From contig CABMHR010000002.1 in NCBI GenBank assembly GCA_902386025.1, forward strand, positions 56,804-120,803: 64,000 nt of DNA. The letters are read 5' to 3'. Under the pieces are notes generated by a model that was not told the DNA's origin, did no database searches, and saw only the letters and a list, made by a program, of their open reading frames with translations. Below are positions 18,126 to 26,494 of the stretch, piece after piece. The stretch comes from an uncultured archaeon. Lineage in GTDB: Archaea > Nanobdellota > Nanobdellia > Pacearchaeales > GW2011-AR1. Numbering within the stretch: position 1 is the stretch's first letter; each line of letters opens with the position of its first letter. Made by a program: the position numbers and the translations under genes.

Positions 18126-18178
18126 AGATTTTTAGAAATTCATTGATTTATAAGTATTACGTATTAAAAATAGATTCT

Positions 18179-18388
18179 TTATTTCTTACTCTCAAACTCT
18201 GAATAATGGCACTTTCCGCAATAAAGTCTTCCTTTATTGTTCATCAAAAATATTCCTGGCCCGCATCTTGGGCAAGTTTTCTCTCTTGTAACTTTATCCC
18301 CTGCAATTTTATACTTAGTATATTTCTTGCTGGTTGGCTTGTTCTTGTGCGGTTTTTTCCCTTTTTTGACTGCTCCCTTCTTTGCCAT
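18179..18388 (-). CDS. rps27ae: Ribosomal protein S27ae (eS31)
   Basis: Lys-rich N-terminus, then the Zn ribbon CPRCGPGIFL...LYCGKCHY. Confidence 0.9.
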   Translation of the reverse strand: MAKKGAVKKGKKPHKNKPTSKKYTKYKIAGDKVTREKTCPRCGPGIFLMNNKGRLYCGKCHYSEFESKK

Positions 18389-18397
18389 TATAAAAAT

Positions 18398-18613
18398 TTA
18401 ATCTAATAGTTTGACTAACCCTCCGTTTTTTGAAATAACTCTATGCTTCCCATAATGAGATATGGGTATTTTCCTTCCTTTATTTGTTTCAAAATAATAT
18501 TCTGGGCTTTCTCTCCTTGGATTAATAACAACTCTGACTATTCCGTGATATTGATTTCCCCCTTCGATTAAGGTTGTTTTCTTTTTTGTGTAAGGAATTA
18601 GGCTTTTTACCAT
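18398..18613 (-). CDS. Small basic hypothetical protein embedded in the S24e-S27ae operon
   Basis: 71-aa ORF. Its start is 1 nt after the S24e stop and its stop is 9 nt before the S27ae start. No family recognised. Confidence 0.5.
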   Translation of the reverse strand: MVKSLIPYTKKKTTLIEGGNQYHGIVRVVINPRRESPEYYFETNKGRKIPISHYGKHRVISKNGGLVKLLD

Positions 18614-18614
18614 C

Positions 18615-18899
18615 TTATTTCTTTTCTACCTTCTTTTTTTCTTTTTTATTTTTTGTCTCAACTTTGTCTTTTTCTTCCTTTGAAGAGTAAATATTCGCAG
18701 TGATAATAAAATTCTTTGAGCCAAATTTTCCTTTTATCTTTCTAATTTTTACATTATCTGCATTTGTTGCAAATTCTTTTGCGATAAATTCTTCAGCTTC
18801 TTTTATTTTAGGGGTAACCTCAATTTCAACATTCAGCTCTATTTCCTGCCTGTTAAAAGCAGGATTTTCTCTTTTGTTTAATATTTGAAATTTTTCCAT
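18615..18899 (-). CDS. rps24e: Ribosomal protein S24e (eS24)
   Basis: MEKFQILNKRENPAFNRQEIELNVE...IRKIKGKFGSKNFIITANIY. I prefer the internal ATG at 18899, which avoids overlap with spt4; the track ORF starts at 18923. Confidence 0.85.
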   Translation of the reverse strand: MEKFQILNKRENPAFNRQEIELNVEIEVTPKIKEAEEFIAKEFATNADNVKIRKIKGKFGSKNFIITANIYSSKEEKDKVETKNKKEKKKVEKK

Positions 18900-18903
18900 A
18901 GAT

Positions 18904-19092
18904 TTACCTTGTTTTAATTGCAAAAGTTCCCTTGTCCTTTAATTTTAATTTTGAAGCAATCTCTGATTTTTCAGGATTTAATACGATTATCTTGCCTTTG
19001 AAATTTTCTGTTGATTCTCTTGAGTCGCATTTTGGACATTTGTCTCCGTCATAGATTGTATTGCAGATTTTGCAGGCTTTTGTTTTTGTCAT
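18904..19092 (-). CDS. spt4: Transcription elongation factor Spt4 (RpoE'')
   Basis: Zn ribbon KACKICNTIYDGDKCPKCDS followed by GKIIVLNPEKSEIA. Conserved position after rpoE'. Confidence 0.85.
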   Translation of the reverse strand: MTKTKACKICNTIYDGDKCPKCDSRESTENFKGKIIVLNPEKSEIASKLKLKDKGTFAIKTR

Positions 19093-19093
19093 T

Positions 19094-19714
19094 TTATTTT
19101 TTCTTCTTTCCCCCTTTCTTTACTGCTCCTTTTGCCGCCTTTTCTTCATCAGATAATGCTTTTTTCTCTGCTTTTGCTTTCTTGGCGCTGTCTTCTTTAA
19201 TCCATTCAAGCTTTCCAAGTCCTGGCTGTCTCATTGTCAGCCCAATCTTCAATTCTCCGCCCTTGTGGCTTATTGCAACAATTCGTGCAAGGCATAAATC
19301 ACCCTGTTTTAATGTTCTCTTGGATGCTTTCCCAATCAAAGAATTTGATTTATTGAAACTTACATAATCATCCATTGTCTGGCTTATGTGAATCATTCCT
19401 TTCATTGCTCCCAAATCCACAAATGCCCCGAAATTTGTTATTTCTGAAATTATTCCATAAGTTAATTCCTGCAGTTCGGGTTTCCAGACAATCAGTTTGA
19501 ATCTTGAGCGGTAGTAAGTAGCTCCGTCTCCTGGGATAATAACTCCCTCTCCAACTTCAATAACCCCCACAATTGCAATTACTTTTCCTATCTCTTTGTC
19601 ATAGTAGTCAGCATAAGTTTCTTTGAGCTGTTTTTCTACTGACTCCATAGTAGGCAATCCGAATAATTTTGGCTCTACCCTAATATGATCTTCAACTTCA
19701 ATTATGTAAAACAT
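19094..19714 (-). CDS. rpoE: DNA-directed RNA polymerase subunit E' (Rpo7) with Lys-rich C-terminal extension
   Basis: MFYIIEVEDHIRVEPKLFG, then an S1 domain (GIISEITNFGAFVDLGAMKGMIHISQ). Tail: KKAKAEKKALSDEEKAAKGAVKKGGKKKK. Confidence 0.9.
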   Translation of the reverse strand: MFYIIEVEDHIRVEPKLFGLPTMESVEKQLKETYADYYDKEIGKVIAIVGVIEVGEGVIIPGDGATYYRSRFKLIVWKPELQELTYGIISEITNFGAFVDLGAMKGMIHISQTMDDYVSFNKSNSLIGKASKRTLKQGDLCLARIVAISHKGGELKIGLTMRQPGLGKLEWIKEDSAKKAKAEKKALSDEEKAAKGAVKKGGKKKK

Positions 19715-19724
19715 TTTATAAAAT

Positions 19725-20198
19725 TTATAGCAAAAATCGGTTTAAAAACCTTATCCCGTATCGGTATATAATGCTGAATATGTAGCCAAGGACAAGCCAG
19801 ATTAAAAATATCTGAAGGCTGACAATCCCCATAAAATTAAACGGCTCTCTTGAATAATCCCACAGTCTTTCTCCAAGAACAAAAAGGCAGAATAAACCCC
19901 CAATAAACTCCCAGATTACTATAATTAATGAATTAAAAAATCCTCTATAAAGAAATTTCACTTTCTTTCTGTCCATTAATTGCCCGAGAAATATCATCAG
20001 CAATGCACCAACCCCATAAAAAGATATGAAATATATTTTTACATTAAACCACTGATAGATTAGCTTGTCATAGTCTATTCCTTCTCCGCCTATTAAAATG
20101 GAAAGATGTTCAATCAGTGAACCAACAAAAGAAAAAACAATAAAATAAAAAAAATATAATGTAAATATTTTAATCCGCCTTTTAGTTTTTTTATTCAT
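19725..20198 (-). CDS. Multi-pass membrane protein (CmpB / putative ABC-transporter type IV-like)
   Basis: 4-5 predicted TM helices. The GERLWDYS...PFNFMG motif resembles PF06541-type proteins. Confidence 0.4.
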   Translation of the reverse strand: MNKKTKRRIKIFTLYFFYFIVFSFVGSLIEHLSILIGGEGIDYDKLIYQWFNVKIYFISFYGVGALLMIFLGQLMDRKKVKFLYRGFFNSLIIVIWEFIGGLFCLFVLGERLWDYSREPFNFMGIVSLQIFLIWLVLGYIFSIIYRYGIRFLNRFLL

Positions 20199-20567
20199 CT
20201 AAACTATCTCCAGTTCTTTTTCACCTCTTATCACAAGCTTGCGGTTTTTTATCTTGTTTTTTATCTCCCTGTCAAGAGTTGCTACAATATAACTCCTGTT
20301 GTCTTCTGCAATTTTTACAATTCCGTTGTCTACATTTTTCATATACAAATCAACCCTTTTGAATTCATTTTTTTCCATTAGAGACAATGCAAGTCTTGCT
20401 TCATCCTTGAATTTCCCCTTAGCAGTCATTGAAAGCCTTCTTACTTCATCAAGCACCTGAATTGGAATAATAATCTTCAGCCCCATCATCTTAATATCAT
20501 TAAAGAAATCTATCTTCTTTCTTATGCAGGAAAGAATAAAATTTGTGTCTAAAATTGCATATGTCAT
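20199..20567 (-). CDS. PIN-domain protein, Fcf1/Utp24-like
   Basis: ILDTNFIL, IPIQVLDEV, VATLDREI (acidic PIN residues). Conserved archaeal position upstream of rpoE'. Confidence 0.7.
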   Translation of the reverse strand: MTYAILDTNFILSCIRKKIDFFNDIKMMGLKIIIPIQVLDEVRRLSMTAKGKFKDEARLALSLMEKNEFKRVDLYMKNVDNGIVKIAEDNRSYIVATLDREIKNKIKNRKLVIRGEKELEIV

Positions 20568-20568
20568 T

Positions 20569-20709
20569 TTATCTTTTAATCCATCTGAATATTTTTCTTA
20601 TGAATTTAATTGTCTTTTTATTTCTTGACAAGCTCCAGATAAAATAGCTTGTGAATCCCATAAGAAAAATTGCTGCAGAAATAATAATTGCTGCTGAATC
20701 CTCTTTCAT
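20569..20709 (-). CDS. Possible 46-aa single-TM peptide
   Basis: Own translation: MKEDSAAIIISAAIFLMGFTSYFIWSLSRNKKTIKFIRKIFRWIKR. Its stop lies 1 nt upstream of the PIN gene start. Not in the ORF track. Confidence 0.3.
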   Translation of the reverse strand: MKEDSAAIIISAAIFLMGFTSYFIWSLSRNKKTIKFIRKIFRWIKR

Positions 20710-20790
20710 AATTTAATTAAGAAACAGGAATATAAAAACTTAACATTTATTAATTCTGATTTCTTTGTTTATTAAACAAGAGGCAATCAA

Positions 20791-21354
20791 ATGCAGGAAA
20801 AAGAGAATGTCTTAAGGATTCTTGAAGAAACAAAAGAAGCTCTAAAAAACAGCGATTCACTAAAATTGAAAGAGCTAAGCAATCAGACAATTCACACAGC
20901 TTCATTAACACAGGATTCAGATAATATTGCTGTTGCGGTTATGGTTTATTCCTTAAGCAAAATTATTGAAAGAGTAGAATATAAAAAATTTTCAGGATGG
21001 GACAATTTTTACAAAGTTATAACTTCTTCTGTTGACAATTCAATAAATGCCATAAAAACCAACAATGACAAGAAACTTCAGCAGAGCCTTATGTCTATAA
21101 GAGAAGCAATATCCAAACTTTCAGGAAAACTAAAAATTTACATTCAGGATGTTTTTAGAAAAGCGCAGATAAACAAAGCGTCCAAAATATACGAACACGG
21201 AATTTCAATGGAAAAAACTGCGAGCCTTCTTGGAGTGACTATGTTTGATTTGGCGAGCTATGCAGGACAGAAAGAAGAAATTTCAAATGCTCCTTTAAGC
21301 CAAACTTTGGATGTGAAATCAAGAATTAAAATAGCAGAGGATATTTTCAAATGA
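20791..21354 (+). CDS. Hypothetical protein with C-terminal HTH-like segment
   Basis: 187-aa ORF. GISMEKTASLLGVTMFDLASYAG looks like an HTH. Confidence 0.45.
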   Translation: MQEKENVLRILEETKEALKNSDSLKLKELSNQTIHTASLTQDSDNIAVAVMVYSLSKIIERVEYKKFSGWDNFYKVITSSVDNSINAIKTNNDKKLQQSLMSIREAISKLSGKLKIYIQDVFRKAQINKASKIYEHGISMEKTASLLGVTMFDLASYAGQKEEISNAPLSQTLDVKSRIKIAEDIFK

Positions 21355-21617
21355 TGATTGATACTTTTTCTGCAGTTGGATGGCTGGGAATGATTCTCCT
21401 CATTCTTGCATATTTCTTTCTTTCAAGCAAAAGGCTAAAATCAAATTCTTTGATTTATCATCTCCTTAATTTATTCGGAGCTGTTGGAATTGCAGTAAGC
21501 ACTTTTGCAACAAAATCCTGGCCTTCTGTTACATTGAATGTAATTTGGATAGTCATTGCAGGTTTTTCCATCTACAAGATTCTTAACACTAAACCAGTAT
21601 ACAAGGAGCTGAAATGA
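21351..21617 (+). CDS. Small 3-TM membrane protein
   Basis: 88 aa with three hydrophobic helices. Overlaps both neighbours by 4 nt (ATGA). Confidence 0.5.
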   Translation: MMIDTFSAVGWLGMILLILAYFFLSSKRLKSNSLIYHLLNLFGAVGIAVSTFATKSWPSVTLNVIWIVIAGFSIYKILNTKPVYKELK

Positions 21618-22309
21618 AAACTGAAATTTCTGAAAAAGCAATAATCTTTGATTCCAGCACAATAATTAATTTTACAATGAACGGCTTGCTTGAAGAATTC
21701 AGGGAATTAAAAAAAATGTTTAATGGAAAATTTTTAATTACCCAAGAGGTGAAGGCAGAAATTGTAGACAAGCCTTCTGAAATAAAAAAATTCAGGCTTG
21801 AGGCGCTTAAAATTCAAGAGCTTATTACAGAGAAAGTTCTTGAATTTCCAAGTGTTTTTGGAATAAACGAATCAAAATTGTCTTCAGAAACAAAAAAATT
21901 GATGAATCTTGCAAATGATACTTTTTTTGGGAGAGACAACGCAATTCATATTATTGATTCAGGCGAAACTGCCTGTCTTGTTCTCAGCACATTGCTTTCG
22001 GAAAAAGGAATAAAAAATGTAATTTCTGTTGATGAAAGAACAATAAGGATGATAAGCGAAAAACCTGAAAATCTGCTGGAGATATTAAAGAAAAAGCTTC
22101 ACAGCGGGATAAGTGCAAAAAATGAAAATTTTAAATTTTTCAAAGGGTTCAAATTCATCCGCTCTGCAGAACTGATTTTCCTTGCATATAAAAAAGGGGT
22201 TGTAAAACTGAAAAACCATAATGTTCTTGATGCTCTGCTTTATGCTATGAAATTCAACGGATGTTCCATCTCTGATGAAGAAATTATGCAGATGGAAAGA
22301 CTCGGATAA
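21614..22309 (+). CDS. PIN-like nuclease domain protein
   Basis: Acidic series IIFDSST, ITQEVKAEI, IIDSGETA, SVDERT is spaced as in PIN domains. Confidence 0.55.
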   Translation: MKTEISEKAIIFDSSTIINFTMNGLLEEFRELKKMFNGKFLITQEVKAEIVDKPSEIKKFRLEALKIQELITEKVLEFPSVFGINESKLSSETKKLMNLANDTFFGRDNAIHIIDSGETACLVLSTLLSEKGIKNVISVDERTIRMISEKPENLLEILKKKLHSGISAKNENFKFFKGFKFIRSAELIFLAYKKGVVKLKNHNVLDALLYAMKFNGCSISDEEIMQMERLG

Positions 22310-22338
22310 TTTATAAACCATATTTATTCTAAATTTAA

Positions 22339-22770
22339 ATGGCAATAAAAACCAAAGACAAAGTTACACTTGACTATGAAGGAAGACTGGAAACAGGAGA
22401 AGTTTTTGATACTTCAAAACACGAAGGACATTCTCATCCACTGACTTTCACTGTTGGAGACGGAGAAGTTATACCCGGATTTGAAAAAGCAGTTATGGGG
22501 ATGGAAGTTGATGAAGAAAAAGAATTTTCAATTCCTCCCGAAGAAGCATATGGGATGCCTGACGAAAGACTGCATCAGGAAATTCCAAAAAGCGTTCTTC
22601 CAACAGAGCCAGAGCCTCAAGTTGGGATGACTTTAGTTATGCAGACGCCCCAAGGAAATATTCCTGTAATGATTTCAGAAGTCAAAGAAGAATCTGTTAT
22701 TATTGATTTGAATCATCCTTTAGCTGGGAAGAAACTGATTTTCAAAATCAAAGTTTTGAAAATAAACTGA
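22339..22770 (+). CDS. FKBP-type peptidyl-prolyl cis-trans isomerase (SlyD-like)
   Basis: VTLDYEGRLETGEVFDTS...FTVGDGEVIPGFEKAVMGM...EEAYG, HPLAGKKLIF. Confidence 0.9.
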   Translation: MAIKTKDKVTLDYEGRLETGEVFDTSKHEGHSHPLTFTVGDGEVIPGFEKAVMGMEVDEEKEFSIPPEEAYGMPDERLHQEIPKSVLPTEPEPQVGMTLVMQTPQGNIPVMISEVKEESVIIDLNHPLAGKKLIFKIKVLKIN

Positions 22771-22813
22771 TTTAAGAAAGCATTAAAAACAATATTTCTT
22801 TAGATTTTATCAA

Positions 22814-22899
22814 GGGTGCGTAGGCTAACGGCAGACTGGCTGCCTCCAGATGAATGATGGAGTAAGCAGCATATGGGGGTTCAATTCCCTCCGCGCCCA
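22814..22899 (+). tRNA. tRNA-Trp (CCA) with a 15-nt intron at or near position 37/38
   Basis: Hand fold: acceptor GGGTGCG/CGCGCCC, anticodon stem GCTGC/GCAGC, loop CTCCAG^A with intron ATGAATGATGGAGTA (22850-22864), T-arm GGGGG TTCAATT CCCTC. The D-stem is weak (GGCT/GACT). Confidence 0.75.
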
Positions 22900-22906
22900 T
22901 TTCTTT

Positions 22907-23959
22907 TTATTCCCTAATATGTTCTATCTTGTCAAAGAGTTCATTGGCTATTGCCTCTTCAAATAAGAGAGTTAAATTTTCTTTTTTGATATCAAGTATT
23001 GCTGGAAGGTTCTTGAAGTTCCTTATTAATATTCCTGCATCCCCTTCAGAGATTCCTTCTCTTTCCAAAATTCTGTGTCCTTTAGGGAAAACTACTTCTT
23101 CTGACAATCCAAGGCACTGCTTTATGTTGTCTATTTCCAGCAGTTCGTCATAACTCAAGACAGAAAGAATTTTTTGTGATTTTGAAAGCCCGAATCTTGA
23201 ATAGTCTTTTATTACTTCATCAACTTCTTTTTCTACTTTGTAAAGCAATTCTTTTAATCTTAATTTTACTATTGCTCCTTCAACACCAAGTTCAATTACA
23301 TATCCCTTAAGGGTTTCTGAAATATTCATAATAATCATGCCTCTTTGTATTAACAAAAGAGCTTTCATATAATCCCCTCTCCGTTTTAGCTCGCTTCTGT
23401 CCAAATCCATTTTATTCCTGTCAAAAATATCCTTGTGCTTTTCTATAATCTGAAGAATGGATGTTGCCCTTCTGATAATATCATTTGTATCTCTTACTAC
23501 ATATTTTGAATTTCCGTAAAAAAGAGAAATTTCATCCCTCCTTTGCGAGACTGCAATTACCATTGTCCCTGCCTGCTTTGCGGTTCTCTCTGCTGCTTTA
23601 TGCCTTGTTCCTGTCTCATTTGAAGGAATTGAATGGTTGGGGGTAAGAAGAACATTAGCATACATTATTTTTTTCAAATCTTCTGACAGGATTATTGCCC
23701 CGTCCATTTTTCCAAGCTCAATAATTCTCTGCGGAGTAAATCTTGCATTCAGCTTAAACCCTCCTTCAAACATATCCTGCACAAAATCATTATAAACAAC
23801 TATCAGCCCCCCTGTTTTTGCCTTTTGGGTTCCTTCAATTGCAGTTCTAAGCAAGGTTCCTGGAGAAATTAATTTCAGAATGTCTGTCAGCTCCTCTTTC
23901 TTTGCTTCCTTCTTGGTTTCTATAAGCCTTGACTGAATCTCTTTTTTTTCCTCTTCCAT
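22907..23959 (-). CDS. disA: DisA-type diadenylate cyclase (DAC domain + linker + C-terminal HhH)
   Basis: GGLIVV, MDGAIILSED, NETGTRHKAAERTAKQ (DGA and RHR DAC motifs). C-terminal region EGISEGDAGILIRNFKNLPAIL is HhH-like. Confidence 0.8.
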   Translation of the reverse strand: MEEEKKEIQSRLIETKKEAKKEELTDILKLISPGTLLRTAIEGTQKAKTGGLIVVYNDFVQDMFEGGFKLNARFTPQRIIELGKMDGAIILSEDLKKIMYANVLLTPNHSIPSNETGTRHKAAERTAKQAGTMVIAVSQRRDEISLFYGNSKYVVRDTNDIIRRATSILQIIEKHKDIFDRNKMDLDRSELKRRGDYMKALLLIQRGMIIMNISETLKGYVIELGVEGAIVKLRLKELLYKVEKEVDEVIKDYSRFGLSKSQKILSVLSYDELLEIDNIKQCLGLSEEVVFPKGHRILEREGISEGDAGILIRNFKNLPAILDIKKENLTLLFEEAIANELFDKIEHIRE

Positions 23960-24057
23960 TATAAAATTCCTGAATGTGGAAATTATATTAATCTCATTTA
24001 AATATTTTTACGTCTCTTTTTTCGTGAAAAAGATTTAAAAACAGGAATTTTTGCCGT

Positions 24058-24795
24058 CTAATCCAATAATTTTTTTATTTTCCCGAAATCAAAATTTTCT
24101 TTTTCTCCAACTATATGGACTTCAAAATTGATTAGATTTTTTTTCGGAATTATTGAAAAATAATCTTCATACTCATCTTTAATTCCATTTATTGTTGTTC
24201 CTTCAATAGTTGCAAGGAAACTTGGAAGAATGATAATGTTCTTTTTCTTGAATTTTCCAGCAAGGAAGCATTTGTATTTCTCTCTTTTGATATTCTGGCT
24301 GTCTGACAAAATAATTGATGGATGGATATGCCCCATTACAACTATTTTTATTTTTTTGCTGAATGTTTCTGGGAAAAATTCATGCCCGTGAGTGAATGCA
24401 ATATCATCTTCTATAAAATAATCCTGCAGTCTGTCGCTGAAAGAGTAATCAATCGTATCGTGATTTCCTTTTATTAGAATTATATTTTTGTCTTTGACAT
24501 AATCCCCCAAAAAATCAAGAATTTCCTTGAAGTAATTTTTTTCCTTCCATTCATACGAGAAAGAATGCTTTATGTCCCCAATAAAAACAATTTTTTTTAA
24601 AATTAATCCTCTTTCTTTAATTTCTCCAAAAATCGCTTTCAATTCTTCTTTTACTTCTTGAACCTGCATTTCAGGAGCAATAACTCCTGACTGCTGAAGC
24701 ATATATTCAAATCCAAGATGCAAATCTCCGACTGCAAGAATTCCTTTTTCTGGAAAAAAAAGTGTTTTTCCTATGAATAAATATTTTTCTTTCAT
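24058..24795 (-). CDS. Metallophosphoesterase (SbcD/Mre11-related small MPE)
   Basis: AVGDLHLGFE, FIGDIKH, KGNHD, THGHE, MGHIHP are the calcineurin-like motif series. Confidence 0.75.
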   Translation of the reverse strand: MKEKYLFIGKTLFFPEKGILAVGDLHLGFEYMLQQSGVIAPEMQVQEVKEELKAIFGEIKERGLILKKIVFIGDIKHSFSYEWKEKNYFKEILDFLGDYVKDKNIILIKGNHDTIDYSFSDRLQDYFIEDDIAFTHGHEFFPETFSKKIKIVVMGHIHPSIILSDSQNIKREKYKCFLAGKFKKKNIIILPSFLATIEGTTINGIKDEYEDYFSIIPKKNLINFEVHIVGEKENFDFGKIKKLLD

Positions 24796-24798
24796 TTA

Positions 24799-24870
24799 TG
24801 ACTCCACGAGGAATTGAACCCCGATCATGCGGACCGCAACCACATATTCTATCCGTTAAACTATGGAGCC
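24799..24870 (-). tRNA. tRNA-Arg (GCG)
   Basis: Hand fold of the reverse complement: acceptor GGCTCCA/TGGAGTC, D-arm GTTT AACGGATA GAAT, anticodon stem TGTGG/CCGCA, loop TTGCGGT, T-arm CGGGG TTCAATT CCTCG, discriminator A. Confidence 0.85.
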
Positions 24871-24907
24871 CTGACAATTAAGAAATATTTGCATTTATTA
24901 AACTAAT

Positions 24908-25264
24908 CTAATAAGAAATCTGCGTTGCATTCAAATTGCAGGAAGAATCGCAGACACAGGTGTGGGAAGGATTATCTACTTCATTTCCTACATTATTGCA
25001 ATACCAGCTGACTCCTGGATAATGTCCTTTGCAGGCGTTTTCTTTTATGCAGGTTTTGTAAATCTGTGCTACATCCTGAATCAGCAAATCATAATTTTTT
25101 TGTAGATTATTTTTGTCTTCGCTTAATTGAGCTATCTGTGAATTAAGGCGCTTTATTTCTGCCTTGACTTTAAATCCGGTGTAAACCCCATAAATTAATA
25201 TCAAAACCAGTATAATCACTACTGAAATTAAGATTATTACAGGCAAATTTCCCCCCTTTTTCAT
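24908..25264 (-). CDS. Membrane-anchored coiled-coil protein with Cys-rich C-terminal domain
   Basis: N-terminal TM helix (LPVIILISVVIILVLILIYGVY), coiled coil (IKRLNSQIAQLSEDKNNLQKNYDLL), and 8 Cys in the C-terminal ~50 aa. Confidence 0.55.
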   Translation of the reverse strand: MKKGGNLPVIILISVVIILVLILIYGVYTGFKVKAEIKRLNSQIAQLSEDKNNLQKNYDLLIQDVAQIYKTCIKENACKGHYPGVSWYCNNVGNEVDNPSHTCVCDSSCNLNATQISY

Positions 25265-25350
25265 AAAATACAGAAGAATTCAAGATTTAAAAGTTTTTAG
25301 CTTAAATCTCAAAGCACAAAGAATATATACTGATATTCATTTTAGAATAT

Positions 25351-25542
25351 ATGCATAAGACAATTTATGTTTATTCAGTTGTGTCTTCATTAATAGGAAC
25401 TCTTGTCTTTATTTTAGTCAGATATCTTTTAGCCAAGAATTTTGACTTGGCTACAACTCTTGCTGTCGCAGCATTTTTATTGATTGGAAATTTTCTTTCT
25501 TATAAATTTCTTATGAAAAGAAAGAAAATCACAAATAAATAA
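25351..25542 (+). CDS. Small 2-TM membrane protein
   Basis: 63-aa ORF with two hydrophobic helices. Confidence 0.4.
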   Translation: MHKTIYVYSVVSSLIGTLVFILVRYLLAKNFDLATTLAVAAFLLIGNFLSYKFLMKRKKITNK

Positions 25543-25567
25543 AAGATGACTGTAAGGAGGTGATAAA

Positions 25568-25753
25568 ATGGATAAAGGAGACTGGGGAATGCACAAGAAA
25601 CACCACGGATTAATGATGGTTATTTTAGGCGTCCTTGTTCTGATAAACGTTTACTGGCCGATGGTTAGCTGGGGAATGTTTATAGGATGGCTTCTTGTTT
25701 TGGCAGGAGCAGTGAAATGGATAATGTGCATGGGAAAGCACAAAAGAAGATAA
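25568..25753 (+). CDS. Small 2-TM membrane protein
   Basis: 61-aa ORF with two hydrophobic helices and a basic C-terminus. Confidence 0.4.
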   Translation: MDKGDWGMHKKHHGLMMVILGVLVLINVYWPMVSWGMFIGWLLVLAGAVKWIMCMGKHKRR

Positions 25754-25770
25754 AAGGAAATTTTTATTTT

Positions 25771-26493
25771 TTATTTTTCCTTATTTTTTATTTCAACATA
25801 TTTTTTTACATCTAAATAATCTGCAAGTTCTTTTGTCATAATAGCATAATTTTTTGTGGGTTTTTCAATAACGCCCCACTTTTTCTTGTAAGGCTCATCT
25901 CCAATTCCCAAATCGTAGAATTTAATCTTGTCTTCAATTGCTTTTTCAATATCTTTTTTCAGCAGAAAGACAGGAGTAGACAGGGATTTGTATTCTCTGT
26001 TCCACCAGCACCCGAAATAGTAAATTGTATCTCCATCTTTCATTGCAATATGAACCGCAATTAACTCTTCATTAAGATATGCGCTTATTGTGTAGCATTT
26101 TTCCTTCCATACTTCCATTCTTCTCTTAAAATCTTTTTTTGGTTCTTTAAAAAATTCCAAAAACCATTTAGAACTTCTTTCCAAAGCATCTTTTTCGTTG
26201 TAAACAAGCTTTACATTTTCATTCTTTTTTTCAACTCTCTTCAAATCTTTTCTAAAATCATTATTAAGATTTAATTTATCAAAACTATCTGGGAGTTTTA
26301 TTAGATTTGTTAACTGATCTTCTTCATCGGATACAAAACCAACAGGGCAGTCAGGACGCAGCGAAATTATAAAAAAAGGCGTAGGCAGATTTTTCAAGTC
26401 CTTTTTATCAAGCCACGCATAAGGAAGATAATCCAAGTCCTTCCATGTATAATAAAAACTTTTATTGCTGTTTGTTACCTTCATAAATTCCAT
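25771..26493 (-). CDS. GNAT/FemAB-like (CelD/BioF2-type) acyltransferase domain protein
   Basis: C-terminal YFGCWWNREYKSLSTPVFLLKKDIEKAIEDKIKFYDLGIGDEPYKKKWG resembles the PF13480-type motif (...YK..W). Confidence 0.5.
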   Translation of the reverse strand: MEFMKVTNSNKSFYYTWKDLDYLPYAWLDKKDLKNLPTPFFIISLRPDCPVGFVSDEEDQLTNLIKLPDSFDKLNLNNDFRKDLKRVEKKNENVKLVYNEKDALERSSKWFLEFFKEPKKDFKRRMEVWKEKCYTISAYLNEELIAVHIAMKDGDTIYYFGCWWNREYKSLSTPVFLLKKDIEKAIEDKIKFYDLGIGDEPYKKKWGVIEKPTKNYAIMTKELADYLDVKKYVEIKNKEK

Positions 26494-26494
26494 T

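Noticed and set aside
18360-19140. Similarity between the RpoE' C-terminal tail (AAKGAVKKGGKKKK) and the S27ae N-terminus (AKKGAVKKGKKPHK), a possible duplicated module.
   Set aside because: The segments are short and Lys-rich low-complexity, so the similarity is most simply explained by composition.
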